Part shown: piece by piece, positions 63,495-64,000 of the stretch
How the letters are laid out: each line of letters opens with the position of its first letter
Position numbering within the stretch: the first letter of the stretch is position 1
Origin: Leucoraja erinacea
Taxonomy: Eukaryota
Assembly (NCBI RefSeq): GCF_028641065.1
Contig: NC_073381.1
Coordinates: 18,662,001 to 18,726,000, forward strand
Length of the DNA stretch: 64,000 nt
Direction of reading: 5' to 3'
Position numbers and translations under genes: made by a program
Notes under the pieces: generated by a model
Databases searched by the model: none
What the model was told of the DNA's origin: nothing
The model's input: the letters and a program-made list of their open reading frames with translations, nothing else

Positions 63495-64000
63495 TTTCTA
63501 ACCAACAGACCCCAGTCTGTGAGGTTAGACAAGCACACCTCTTCAACCCTCACCCTGAACATCAGCGTTCCACAGGGCTGTGTGCTGAGCCCCCTCCTCT
63601 ACTCCCTCTTCACCTATGACTGCACACCTGTACATGGTACTAACACCATCATCAAGTATGCAGATGATACAACGGTGATTGGCCTCATCAGCAACAACGA
63701 TGAGCTGGCCTACAGGGAGGAGGTCCAGCACTTAGCAGCATGGTGCGCCGACAACAACCTGGCCCTTAACTCCAAGAAGACCAAGGAGCTCATTGTAGAC
63801 TTCAGGAAGTCCAGAGGCGGCACGCACACCCCCATCCACATTAACGGGACGGAGGTGGAACGTGTTTCTAGCTTCAGGTTCCTGGGAGTCAACATCTCCG
63901 ATGACCTCTCTTGGACCCACAATACCTCTACTCTGATCAAGAAGGCTCATCAGCGTCTCTTCTTCCTGAGGAGACTGAAGAAGGTCCATCTGTCTCCTCA
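63495..64000 (+). mobile_element. Rex1/Babar LINE RT, 5'-truncated, open to the window end
   Basis: TDPSL/VRLDKHTSSTLTLNISVPQGCVLSPLLYSLFTYDC...KYADDTTVIGLI...KTKELIVDFRK...FLGV. Confidence 0.9.

Overview
Eukaryotic, repeat-rich vertebrate DNA. The repeat repertoire (HE1-like SINEs, CR1, Penelope, Rex1) suggests a cartilaginous fish such as a skate or ray; this is an inference. The host gene is LYST (lysosomal trafficking regulator) on the minus strand. Five coding exons with consistent splice phases are resolved (47105-47293, 28516-28606, 8475-10542, 4756-5761, 3865-4026), plus a probable upstream exon at 63039-63130; the gene continues past position 1. The introns hold a three-tier nest: a decayed endogenous retrovirus (LTR, tRNA-Ser PBS, gag and integrase relics) carries two ~1-kb DNA transposons with 7-bp TSDs, and one of those carries a near-intact 4.8-kb DIRS1-type retrotransposon (gag, RT-RNaseH-methyltransferase, tyrosine recombinase, ITRs and a perfect ICR). 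Also present are non-autonomous Helitrons, Harbinger/Tigger/P-like MITEs, and many Penelope-associated minimal hammerhead motifs. The most unexpected region is a GC-rich mosaic at ~51.4-53.5 kb, not apparent from the ORF track. It contains decaying fragments of unrelated host genes (BCL7 exon 1 with its splice donor, and a copper amine oxidase segment), an inverted pair of hammerhead motifs, tiny TIR elements and a triple-CCAAT promoter-like patch. All assignments were made by eye; no searches were run.
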